A DNA stretch of 64,000 bases from the human T2T-CHM13v2.0 reference genome, Homo sapiens. This document shows positions 28,661-40,387 of the stretch, piece by piece. Both the position numbers and the translations under genes were made by a program. The stretch is from the NCBI RefSeq assembly GCF_009914755.1, contig NC_060936.1; one strand, written 5' to 3'. Numbering within the stretch: position 1 is the first letter of the stretch; each line of letters opens with the position of its first letter. The notes beneath the pieces are model-generated. The model ran no database searches, was not told the DNA's origin, and worked only from the letters and a program-made list of their open reading frames with translations.

Positions 28661-29602
28661 GATTAACTGTGTTAAACAAGAGGGCTTCTAACTATAGTTG
28701 GAAGTAAAGCAGGCTAATGCAGTTTAAACATAACACTGTGGATTAAACATTAAGGTGCAAAGTTAGATTTGGAATATATGCATGCCTGGAAGGACAGGAG
28801 AGTAATTTTGTTTGGGCGCAGTCAGCATCTGAATTTCTAGCCACCCTTAATTGCTTGGTCAGCATACCCATCAACCCCCTGGTTACCCATGAAATGAAAT
28901 TAGGCTGCCTGTCACTGCTGGACAGTGGTGGCCAGGTTGCCTCTCCACCAACATGATGGCCCTAAGTCAGAGGCTAGGTGGCCTTGGTCATGCTTGTGGT
29001 GGCTTTGGTCTCTTTGCTTCCTGTTGAATCTATCTTGAATGGATTCGTGTTTCATAAGCAAAGTCCTGCATGAGATCCTAATTTATCTTGTGACTCCAAT
29101 TTATGCTCATGAATCCAGTTGACCAGCGACAGCATTCATAATATCTAATTCTGATCCTCCAAAGGAAAGCTGAATACCAGAAAGGGACTCTCTTCTGCTT
29201 GCTTGCTAGGTTGGACTCCCACAATAATACCTTCTCTGACCTTGTTTGGATAGACCCTCTGGTTGTGGGACTTGGTTTGCTCGTTTCTTTTCATTCATTT
29301 TCAAAGCATGAATCCTTTAGTCTACTCCACAGTGATCTGCAAATTGAGGATGACTTCTCCCTCATAATCCTAGTCCACACTTTCAAAATTGTCCACTAGT
29401 TTGAATAAACAGATTCAACGTTTTTTTTAAAACCTGATCAAAATGTCTTGTCTATCTCCTCTTCCAAAAGAGAATGGTTATAGATTTCTAACCTTGAATG
29501 TAAGCAATCATACATACCACTTTCTGGATGCAATCACTTCTTGCACTGTAGACTATCCTTTCCCACCATAAGTGGATTCCAGGCAGCAGCATAGTGTAAT
29601 GG

Positions 29603-29711
29603 TGAGGAGGAGGAAGAGAAGGAAGAGGAGGAGAGGAGGATAAGGAAGAGGAGGAGGAGGATAAGGATGAAGAAGAGGAGGAAGAGGAGGAGGAGGAGGA
29701 GCAGCAGCAGC
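29603..29711. repeat. Imperfect (GAG/GAA)n purine repeat ending in a short CAG run, inside a MIR
   Basis: gaggaggaggaagagaagg...gaggaggagcagcagcagc; MIR-like flanks (aggcagcagcatagtgtaatggt / ctttgggcaagtt..tgtgcctcagt). Confidence 0.9.
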
Positions 29712-30840
29712 TTGGGAGTCAGCTGTTTGGCTTTGGGCAAGTTGCCTTCCTGTGCCTCAGTGTTCTCATTTGTAATGGGGTTTACAAATATGTTTACTAT
29801 AAAGATTAATTTTCAAGCACACTGTTAGTGCTCCATAAACAGTTGTTCTTCAGAAGATCCAACAGTCCAATTTCTGAGCTTTCCATGTATATTTGTTGAA
29901 CCTTCTAGATTACCTTTTACTCTACTTTTTAAGCTAATTATAAATGATAGAGAAGATATATTTTCATTTTATGCATTTAGAATTTAACATGGCACACTTA
30001 ACATTTTCTTATTAGTATCTTACCAGAATAATTTATTTTCTCCTCAAACATATAGTTTAATAAAGTCCACTTTATTTTAAAGTAAAATTTACATATCTAT
30101 TGAGTAGCCAATCTTTCTATCTGAATGAATGCACATCTGATTTTATAATGAAATTTAAGGCAATGTACTCCATTAATGTATACTTACTACATACCCACAA
30201 AATTAAAAATAAAAATTTAAATAAAGAAACTCTTTTGTAAAGGCAAACATGGGCTGTGCTCAGTTGCTTAGTCAATATTTATATTTCCAAAAAAACTTTC
30301 TTGGAATGTATTTAATTAATCAAAGACATATATGGTAGCTGCAATTTGACTTAATGAGGTCTTAAGGTTTTTGTGGACAATAAATTGGAAACAATTTAAG
30401 TACCTATCAATAAGGAAATGATTACATTTTAGCACATCCACACAATGAAATTCTAGTAATTTAACATTTTGATGAATTATTAATGACATGGAGAATACTC
30501 ATAATGTTAAAAGCAGAATATACATCATAATACAATACCCTCTTTTATTGTCTTTACACCAATGCTGTACCTTCTCATGACATCTGATCTCTCTCACCTG
30601 TGCATTTCTCCAGAGTACCCTTATTTCTAACTGCTTAATAGACTTAAAAGACTTTACCAGCCAGAAGTCTCCAACATTTATCAAACTTAACAGGTTAAAG
30701 ATGAAACTGATATCACATCCACTCAACCTCCCAAACCAGAAGTCCTGAAGTCAAGCTCTCACTTACTCCCATTCGATGAGAAACTAAGCACTGTGGTTTC
30801 TACTGCTGGAACACTTAAATATATCTTCCAAAGCTATTTT

Positions 30841-30961
30841 ATATATATATGCTATTTATATATATATATATACACACAAGCTATGTGTGTGTGTGTATAT
30901 ATATACGAGCTATATATATATATAAGCTATATATATACACACAAGCCATATATATATATGT

Positions 30962-30993
<32 letters not shown>

Positions 30994-31281
30994 AGCTTGC
31001 ACACTGTCAGCCAGGCTGGAGTGCAGTGGCACGATCATAGCTTACCGCATCCTCAAACTCCTGGGCTCAAGCGATCCTCTGGTCTCTGCCTTTCAAGTAG
31101 CTGGGGCTACATTTGTACACCACCATGCCTGGCTTGTTTATTTATTCCTATCATGGCAATGGCTAATTAAAAAAAAATTTCATTTGTAGAGACAAGGTAT
31201 CCTTATGTTGCCCAGGCTGGTCTCGAATTCCTGGCCACAAGTGATCCTTTCACCTTGGTTTTCTGAAGTGCTGGGATTACA
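30841..31281 (-). mobile_element. Compound (TA)n/(CA)n microsatellite (30841-30992) at the tail of a J-like Alu
   Basis: TA/TG/CA runs punctuated by aagctat; then ccaggctggagtgcagtggc...gctgggattaca. Confidence 0.85.
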
Positions 31282-31744
31282 ATGGAACATCTTTTAAATG
31301 TCTCCCCCTTGGGCACCTACTCACTTTTCAGACCCATAGGTATCATATGAGCTTTCTGGCCAAACATGTGTAATTAAAATGAATATTTTCTATAATTTTA
31401 GCAGATAGAAAAGGGAAGAGAATGAAAGAAGGAAAAAGTTAATATATGGCTCCTTATGTGGCTTTTTGAGATTGAACCGTTTGCAAAGTACTGAATAAGT
31501 CAATGGGCAAAATGGGGCTTAGAGTACTTAAGTCAAGTAGTTTAACTCAGATGAAAGATGCATGTAAATGTAGAGAAAGAGTACAGCTGTGTTAAACTGA
31601 GAGCAGTGTGTTAGGCCAAATTATCCAGTAATTCCTTCACTTCATGAAAGATAGGTTCAGGGTCTTATTGCTCTTTGGGACCAAAAGTGGGTTGCTTGCC
31701 TTCTAATGTCTTAATTCTTTATTTGGCTCCTTATAATGTTGGGG

Positions 31745-31960
31745 CAATGATTAAGTGCCTGGGCTTTGGAATTAAACAAGCCTGGATTGAAATTTGGACT
31801 CCATCAACTCACTAACTTTGAGGCTCTCATTCTCTCTGAGCTTTGGTTTTCTCATTTATAATATAGGAATAGTAAAACCTACTTTGTAGAGTTAGAGGAA
31901 AATAAACTGAATTTATGTGTGTTCAAATTGTGCTTAGCACATATGATCAATAAATGGTAG
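31745..31960 (+). mobile_element. MIR
   Basis: gggctttggaattaaacaagcctggattgaaat..ctctctgagctttggttttctcatt. Confidence 0.65.
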
Positions 31961-33192
31961 TGGCTAGAAAACATCTTCCACTGTGTATGTAATATGGTCA
32001 ACATGTATACCTACTTCCCTTCTTTTCTGAAAGGGGAGAGAAATGCAGTAAGTAACTTCCAGAAGTAGTATGGGGGCTTTGTTTCGCTGGAAGTGTGCAA
32101 AAACTACTTGCCATTTTGGATTGCTCTTGCAGTTCCAGCTTTATAGGTTTAAGCCACTATGTCTTCTCTAGCAGTGGAATTTGAACACTGTCATTTCAAT
32201 GTTTCCTTCTCTGAAGAGGAATTCCCTTTCTCTTGAGATTTATCTAAATGAAGGAACTCAAACTTACCAGCAATAAAATCTCTTTAATTGCAACTTAACT
32301 GTTTTTTCAGCTATGTATATTTTCATTTTTAATTTATTTTCATTTTATAAACATTGAGGTCATGAGAATATTGGAGTTATTAAATAAGAGATGGCAATTA
32401 TTCATTTATTTATTTGCTAGAAAGTAGAAAGTTGCATGAAACTATAAAGCCTGGGAATTTCTAAAGATAACTCCATCTCCATATGTTTTTTGGAGGAAAT
32501 GATTTTTGTCTTTTCCAAACAATGACGCTTAACACAATTGAAAGTTGGCACATTTTTGGTAAACAGAATTTTCCTGGTAGTGTGAAGTCTACTGTGTATT
32601 TCTTTTGTGCCAGACTTCTCAGTATCATTTTGATCTGTAAAACATCAGCGTTTCCTGTATTGTATTATATTTACGTCTTTGGAGAGTCTAGACAGAAATT
32701 TTTATTTTAAAGAGTAATGAATAATAAAAAATAACAAAATTTTTATTGTAATATTTGGGATTATGACTGGCTGTAGGGAAAAAAAGCACAAAGCAGATTA
32801 CACATAAAAGACATATAACATAAATGTTTGACTTTGATATCCCCAGAAGGTATATCTCAGACATTAAAAAAGACAGGAGGCTAAAAATTGTAACACGCAA
32901 ACAAAAATCATTTCTCCAATTTCTGAATTATGTGGTCAAAGAAAAAAATTAAAACTTCAACCACCCATTGGTGTAGGAATTGTTAAAAAAAATTCTAGCT
33001 TTCCACAGATCCATTTGGCTCTCCTGTAAAGACTGAAATCTGAGAATGGTAACAACAGGTTATCTCTGAGGACAATTACTGCACTTGAGAAAGAAAGAAC
33101 AAGATACGCTTTATTCCCTTGCAGATACTGAATGGAGAGCTCTGAGCATCATAGGTAAACCAACTCTGTGTCACTCTGAAATACATATTTGA

Positions 33193-34466
33193 GGCTGCTG
33201 CATGCAGTTCCCCGGCTAGCTGCAGTCATTGGTGCCAGTGCTCAGGCACCTGCTGTCCTTGACCTCTGGCCCCACAAGCACTAACCCAGCGCAGGAGGAC
33301 CAGCCACCGCCGCCAGGCTCTGATGCTGGTCTCTGGTAGAAGAAGGTTGCTCACAGCTCTGCTGCAGGCTCAGAAGTGGCCCTTTCAACCCTCCAGAGAC
33401 ATGAGACTAGTCCAGTTCCAGGCACCCCACCTGGTGGGGCCTCACTTGGGCCCAGAGATGGAGAATGGTGGAAGGGTTATCAACCTCAATGCCTTTGACT
33501 CTATGCTCCCCAAAATGATGACACAGTTCCTAGAGCAGGGAGAGGCCATCCTCTCAGTGGCAAGAAGAGCCTTGGGTGCCCAGTTGCCAGTCCTACCATG
33601 GTTGGAAGTGACCTCCCTGGCTCCAGCCACATGGCCAGATAAGGTGGTGTGTGTGGGCATGAATTATGTGGACCACTGCAAAGAACAGAATGTGCCCGTG
33701 CCCACGGAACCGATCAACTTCAGCAAGTTTGCCAACTCCATTGTGGAGCCCTATGATGAGATGGTCCTCCCATCAGAGAGCCAGGAGGTAGACTGGGAAG
33801 TGGAGCAGCTGTGGTCATTGGAAAGAAAGGCAAGCACATCAAGGCCACAGATGCCATGGCCCATGTGGCTGGCTTCACTGCGGCTCATAACGTGAGTGCT
33901 CATGACTGGCAAATGAGACATGATGGGAAACAGTGGCTGCTGGGAAAAACCTTCAACACCTTCTACCCTCTGGGCCTTGCCTTGGTGACCAAGGACAGTG
34001 TAGCAGATGCACACATCTTAAAGACCTGCTGCCAAGTGAATGGGGAAGTGGTCCAGAGCAACAACACCAACCAGATGGTGGTCAAGACAGAGGAGCGGAT
34101 AGCGTGGGTCTCCCAGTTTGTCACCTTTTACCCAGGGGATGTCATCCTGACTGGGACCTCCCCAGGTGTTGGTGTATTCAGGAAACCTTCTGTCTTTCTC
34201 AAGAAGGGAGATGAAGTCCAGTGTGAAATTGAAGAACTAGGTGTCATCATCAGCAAGGTGGTGTGATGGCTCCTGCACAGGCCCTGGTCATAGGATGGGG
34301 GCATCTGCTCCCACTCAGCTTAGCCCAGGGAAATGTCGAATGCCAGGTGTGGGCAGGTGCCAGCCCTGTAAGCCTCCTCTTCTAGGTAGAAGGGAGAAGG
34401 ATAGAGCTCTCTTCAATAAATACGTCGGGCCAAAGCAAAAAAAAAAAAAAAAAAGAAAGAAAGAAA
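33193..34466 (+). pseudogene. FAHD2P1: Processed pseudogene of FAHD2A/FAHD2B (fumarylacetoacetate hydrolase domain 2), antisense within a PTPRR intron
   Basis: Intronless; ATG 33323 ([10 protein letters not shown]...) to TGA 34266 (...GVIISKVV); 1-nt deletion near 33808; AATAAA 34415-34420; poly(A) from 34437; 15-bp TSD GAAATA(C/T)ATATTTGA at 33178-33192 and 34467-34481. Symbol is from recall. Confidence 0.93.
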
Positions 34467-35159
34467 GAAATATATATTTGACTTATACAGCAGTTCTGGT
34501 ACAATGACATCCTTGGTCTTGGAGAAGGAGGATGAGAGCAACCGTCTGCTGGGGCTTTGGCATATTAATAATTGCTCACATCATCCCTATTGGATTTCTT
34601 TAAAATATGTCACATATTACACACCCTCTAGGAAATGTCTTCTGCCTAACCAGCAATCTTAGTTTCTGTCCTGCTAAAACCCTGATTCAAGAATGAGGTA
34701 AAGCACTAAAGGCACATTCCTGACTTTTTCTATAAGAGTGAACACAGATAAACATACATTACAAGATTCAAAGATTGAAATGCTCAAAAGAACAAACACC
34801 GTAATGTATCTTACACAGTTATTACAATGTATTCTGTAATCCTTGTGAGATATTGTTTCACATATCATTTGCCAAGTGTTAATCCTTAGTACATATGCAA
34901 CACTAAATTGCATGTAATAAGTAAGTAATTTTTCTGGGGAAAATATTATTTGTTTTAAAACATTTACATACTTATATTTACAAATAGTTTCATAAATTAT
35001 GGTGCTATGTTGATTTTATAAGATTTTATTTGTAATAGAAGAAGAAATAGAAATAATAAGAAATATTTAAGGGCATGAATGCACTTTGAAATAATATTTA
35101 TTTTATGACAATTTACTCAGAAAATTCAAACCAAAGTGGGCAGGGGTAAGGCATTTTGC

Positions 35160-37960
35160 TCAGATCTACGAAATGGTGCTAAATATTGCATGAAGTTGTT
35201 CATAGTGTCCTCTTTTATTTAAATCTCTGCTTTAATTATAGTCATTTTTAATGGTTTTTTTTGCATTTCCTTTAATTCTGCTAGTTTTGCCTATTTTATT
35301 AGACTTCAAAAAATTGACTTTTGTTTACATCAATCCTTTTTAAAAATTTTTTTTAAGGCAGGGTCTCATTTTGTTGGCCAGGCTGAAGTGCAGAGTAGCC
35401 CAATCATAACTCACCACAACCTCAATCTTCTGGGCTCCAGGGATCCTTTTGCCTCAGCCTTCTGAGTAGCTAAGACAACAGGTGCGCACCACCACCCCTG
35501 GCTAATTTTTAAATTTTTTGTTGAGATATAAGTCTCATTACATTGTCTAGGCTGGTCTCAAACTCCTGGCCTCAAGCAATCTTCCTGACTCAGCCTCCCA
35601 AAGTGCTGGGATTACAGAAATGAGCCACCATGCCTGGCCTCATCAATCCTTTTATCTTTGTTTTATGTTTAACATTTATTCTTCATTATTCCTTCCTTTT
35701 TTCTCTCCTGTTCATTTTATAGTTCTTTTACTAACTTAAGTCTGTTGCTTAGATCACAAATTCTTTTATAATATCATATTCATGCCTATAAACTTCCTTC
35801 TATGAGCATTTTTAGCAGCATCTCACAAGATTTGATGTGTAGTATTTGCATCATCCCTGAATTGCAGGTAATTTACAGTTATATTATAAATTCATTTTCA
35901 TCCATGAATTGTGTGTGTGTTAAAACTTTTTTTAAGCATCAAAGTGTATTTTTTAATCTTATCTTTCTGCTTTTTATTTCTAACTTAATGCACTGTAATC
36001 GAAGCATATATGTACAGTTATTCCTGGAAATTTGCCAAGACTTGCTATATAGTCGTAGTTGGTCACTTTTCACAAAATCTCATGCTTTGAAAATTTATAT
36101 TATGAGATTATTGATTGGAAGGTTCTATATATCTTTCTTAAACTAAGCTTGCTAATTTGAATAAAGGTTATGTATAAACTTTTTCTATATTTTTATTTTT
36201 TGTCTGCTTAATAAATACTAATATCTGATTTTTATTGGGTTTTCTCCCAGTGTGATGGTGATTTATCAATTCCTTCTTTAATTCTGCCCATTAATGCTTC
36301 AGATATTTGGGGGGAGGTTATGTATATTATGCATTTATATATTTAGAATCTTACTTGTGAATTTCACATTTTAGTGTTATAGATTGACATTCCTTATCTC
36401 TAGTAAGCTCTCTGATAATGATTGTTTTGATTTGAAATTCATTTTCATCTGACATTCTTTATCTCTGGTAACCTCTCTAGTAATTATTCTTTTGAGAATA
36501 TTCTTTTGAGAATTATTCTTTTGAGAGTCAGTTTTATCTAACTTGACTTTTGATTAGTATTAGTTTGGTGTATTTTTTTCCATCCTTTCCATTTTAACAT
36601 TTCTGTGTCCTCTTGTAGGCAGCATTTAACTGAATTTATTTATTTTATCAGTTTGGTAATCTCTGATATTTAATTTGCAAGTTATTTGTTTATATTTAGT
36701 ATGATTTGGATTTTTTTCTATCTCCCAATTAGGTAAAAGTTTATCCTGATTTTTCTATATTACCTTTTGTTTTCCCTTTTATTTTGGTTTATTTTCGAAA
36801 TTCTGTCTTTTCTCTCTTCTACCAGATTGGAAATTATACATTCTAATTCCATCCTTTTAGTGGCTAATCTTAAAATTTGAACATGCATATTTACCTAAAA
36901 GTCTAACCTTGGCTTATATTTCTCTTTTCGTGAATAACACAGAAATATTTTAACTTTCCTCATCTTCTCAAATTTTAAATACTATCATTATCCAGTATTT
37001 TAGTTTCACCTTCATATTTTACTTTCTTTGCTCACTATTATTTCTTGTATTTGAGTACTTTTTTTCTGGATTGAATTCTTCTTCATTCTGTTTTATCCTC
37101 CCTTGTAGTTGTTTTGGTAAGATTTTTTTTGGTGGTGAATTCTTACCATTTTTGTTAGTTTGAAAATGTCTTTCACACCTGGCCCTGTAGGATAGATTTG
37201 TTGGGTATAAAGTTCTGGGTAGTCAAGTATTTTCTTTCAGTTCTTTGTAGGTAATATTCTACTGATTTTTGGCTTCTAGTTTTGCTATAGAAAAGCCTTT
37301 TTTTTTTTGGTTAGTTACTCTGGTGGGAGTAATTACTTTCTTTGGTGCTTTTTCAGTTCCAGAGATGTGTCTAGCTGTGATTTACATTTACCTATTCAGC
37401 CTAGGATTTATTGTGCTTTTTAGATTTTTGAACTCAAGTCTTCCATCAGTTTTGGAAAATCCCTATCTATTATTTCTTCAAATATTACTTCTTTTCTCAT
37501 ATCCTCTTCTTTCTCCTTCTAAAACACCTGTTATGGTATATTGGATATCAAATACTATCCTCTATGTCTCTTAGACACTCTTTTTTATTTTTTTGTCATT
37601 TTGATCTTCTAGGTATTTTCCTTAGCTTTATATTTGAATCCATTAGTTATTCATTTAGCTGTGTCTTGTTTGATGCTAAACCTATCTAATAAGATTTTTT
37701 TAAACTTTAATGTCTTTATAATGTTTATTTCTAGTATTTGTTGTTTTAAATCTTCATAGCCTTTTTGGATAGTAACTTGTTCCTGTGTCAAATTTTTTAT
37801 GCTTTTTGTGCTTAATTATTTAAAAGAGTAGCCTACATTTATTATTTCAGTTATTTTAATTTATGTGAATCTATTTAATTGTTGCTGCTTCTGATTTTTT
37901 CTCATGGTTTTTATTGGTTGCTTGTATGCCTCATAATTTTGATTGTAGGCTTATGTTTGC
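35160..37960 (-). mobile_element. Highly diverged L1M remnant
   Basis: T-rich strand skew and decayed L1 ORF1/ORF2-like segments. Confidence 0.55.
35349..35638 (-). mobile_element. Alu (J-like) inserted in old L1, with TSD
   Basis: catcaatcctttt at 35328 and 35641. Confidence 0.88.
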
Positions 37961-39416
37961 TGAGAGTTTTTTAATTTTATTTTAATTGACACAGAATTGT
38001 ACATATTCATATTAATGTGATACTTCAGTGCATGTATATATGGGTTAATGATCAAATAAAGGCAATCAGTATATCCATCACTGCAAACATTTATTATTTG
38101 TTGTTTGTAGTGAGAATATTCAAAATCCTTTCTTATTTCTGGGCTCTATGTTCCATATTCCATTCCATTGGTCTATGTATTTGTTTTTTTTGCCAATATC
38201 ATGTTGCTTTCGATACTGTAACTTTGGGGTATATTTTGAAGTCAGGTAGTATGATGCCTCCAGCTTTTTTTTTTTTTTGTCTCAAGAATGATTTGGCTAG
38301 TCAAGATCTTTTGTCGCTTCATACAAATTTTAGGATTAAAAATTTTTTTCCATGAAGAATGTTATTGGTATTTTGATAGGGAATGCATTGAATCTATTGA
38401 TTGTTTAGCGTAGTATGGACATTTTAACAATATTAATTATTCCACTCCATGAACACAGGATATATTTCTGTTTATTTGTGTTCTCTACAATTTCCTTCAT
38501 CAATGATTTATAGTTTTCAGTATAAAAGATATTTCACCTCTTTGGTTAGATTTATTTTTAGGTATCTCTATTTATTGGTAGCAATTGTAAATGGAATTGT
38601 TTTCTTGATTTTGTTTTTAGCTAGCTCACCATTAGCATATACAAATGCTACTGATTTTTGAATGTTAAATCTGTATCCTTGAACTTTACTAAATTTGTCT
38701 ATTAGTTCTAACAAGTTTTGGTGCAGTCTTTAGGGTTTTCCATATATATGATCATATGATCTGCAAGCAGGGATAGTTTGACGCCTTCCTTTCCGATTTT
38801 GCCTTTTATTTCTTTCTCTTGCCTGATTACTCTGGCTAGGACCCCCAGTACTATGTTGAATAGAAGTGGTGAAAGTGGATATCCTTATCCCAGATCTTAG
38901 GAGAAAAGCTTTCAACTTTTCCACATTCAATATGATGTTTGTTGTGGGCTTGTCATATATGGACTTTTTAGTGTTGAGGTACATACTTTCTGTATCTAAT
39001 TTGTTGACAGTTCTTATCATGAAGGGATGAATTTTGTCAAATTATTTTTCTTCGTCTATTGAAATGATGATATGGATTTTATCCTTCATTCTGTTAACGT
39101 GATGTATCATATTTATTAGTTTGTGTAAACTGAACCATTCTTGCATCCCTGGGATGAATTCCCTTGATCATAGCGGATGATGTTTTTAATGTGCTATTGA
39201 TTTTTACTAATGGTTTACTAATATTTTATGAGCATTTTTGCATGTATATCAGAGTGACCTGTAGTTTCTTTTTTGGTTGAGTCCTTGTCTGGTTTGGGTG
39301 CTAGGGTAATGCTGGCCTTGTAGAATGAGTTTGGATATGTTCTCTCCTCTTTAATTTTCTTGAATAGTTTGAGGAGAATTGGTATTCTTTAAATGTTTGG
39401 TAGAATTCATTGGTGA

Positions 39417-39749
<333 letters not shown>

Positions 39750-40081
39750 TAGGTTCTGTTACTGATTTAATTTCCTCACTCATTAGCGTTTTCAGATTTT
39801 CTATTTCTTCATTGTTCAATCTTGGAAGGTTGCATGTGTCCAGGAATTTATTCATTTTTTTTTAGATTATCCAATTTGTTCGTGTAGTATTGTTCACCAT
39901 AGTCTTTTATAATTCTTTGCATTTCTGTGGCATCTAAAGTTTTGTCAGTTTTATGTTTTCAAACATGATCTTTTCTTTTTATTGATGTTTTGTATTTTTC
40001 TGTCTGTATTTCATTTATTTCTGCTTTGATCTTTCTTATTTACTTCCTTCTACTAATTTTGGGTTTAATTTGTTCTTGTCC

Positions 40082-40387
40082 TTTTTTATTTTTTGAGATG
40101 GAGTCTCTCTCTCTGTCTCCCAACTGCCCAAGATGGAGTGCAGTGGCATGATCTCAGCTCACTGCAACCTCTGTCTCCTTAGTTCAATTGATTCTTTTGC
40201 CTCAGCCTCCCGAGTACCTGAGATTACAGGTGTGTACCACCAGGCCCAGTTAATTTTTGTATTTTTAGTAGAGACAGGGTTTCACCATGTTGGCCAGGCT
40301 GGTCTCGAACTCCTGACCTCAAGTGATCTGCCTGCCTCGGCCTCCCAAAGTGCTGGGATTACAAGCGTAAGCCACGCTGCCCAGCCT
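40082..40387 (-). mobile_element. Alu (AluS-like)
   Basis: Full reverse dimer within L1; tgttcttgt on both flanks. Confidence 0.9.

Noticed and set aside
29534-29740. Poly-Leu, signal-peptide-like 68-aa ORF
   Set aside because: Translation of the (CTC)n simple repeat; no exon evidence
33780-33900. Programmed -1 frameshift joining the two overlapping FAHD2 ORFs
   Set aside because: No X-XXY-YYZ slippery heptamer at the shift point; a simple 1-nt deletion in a retrocopy explains it
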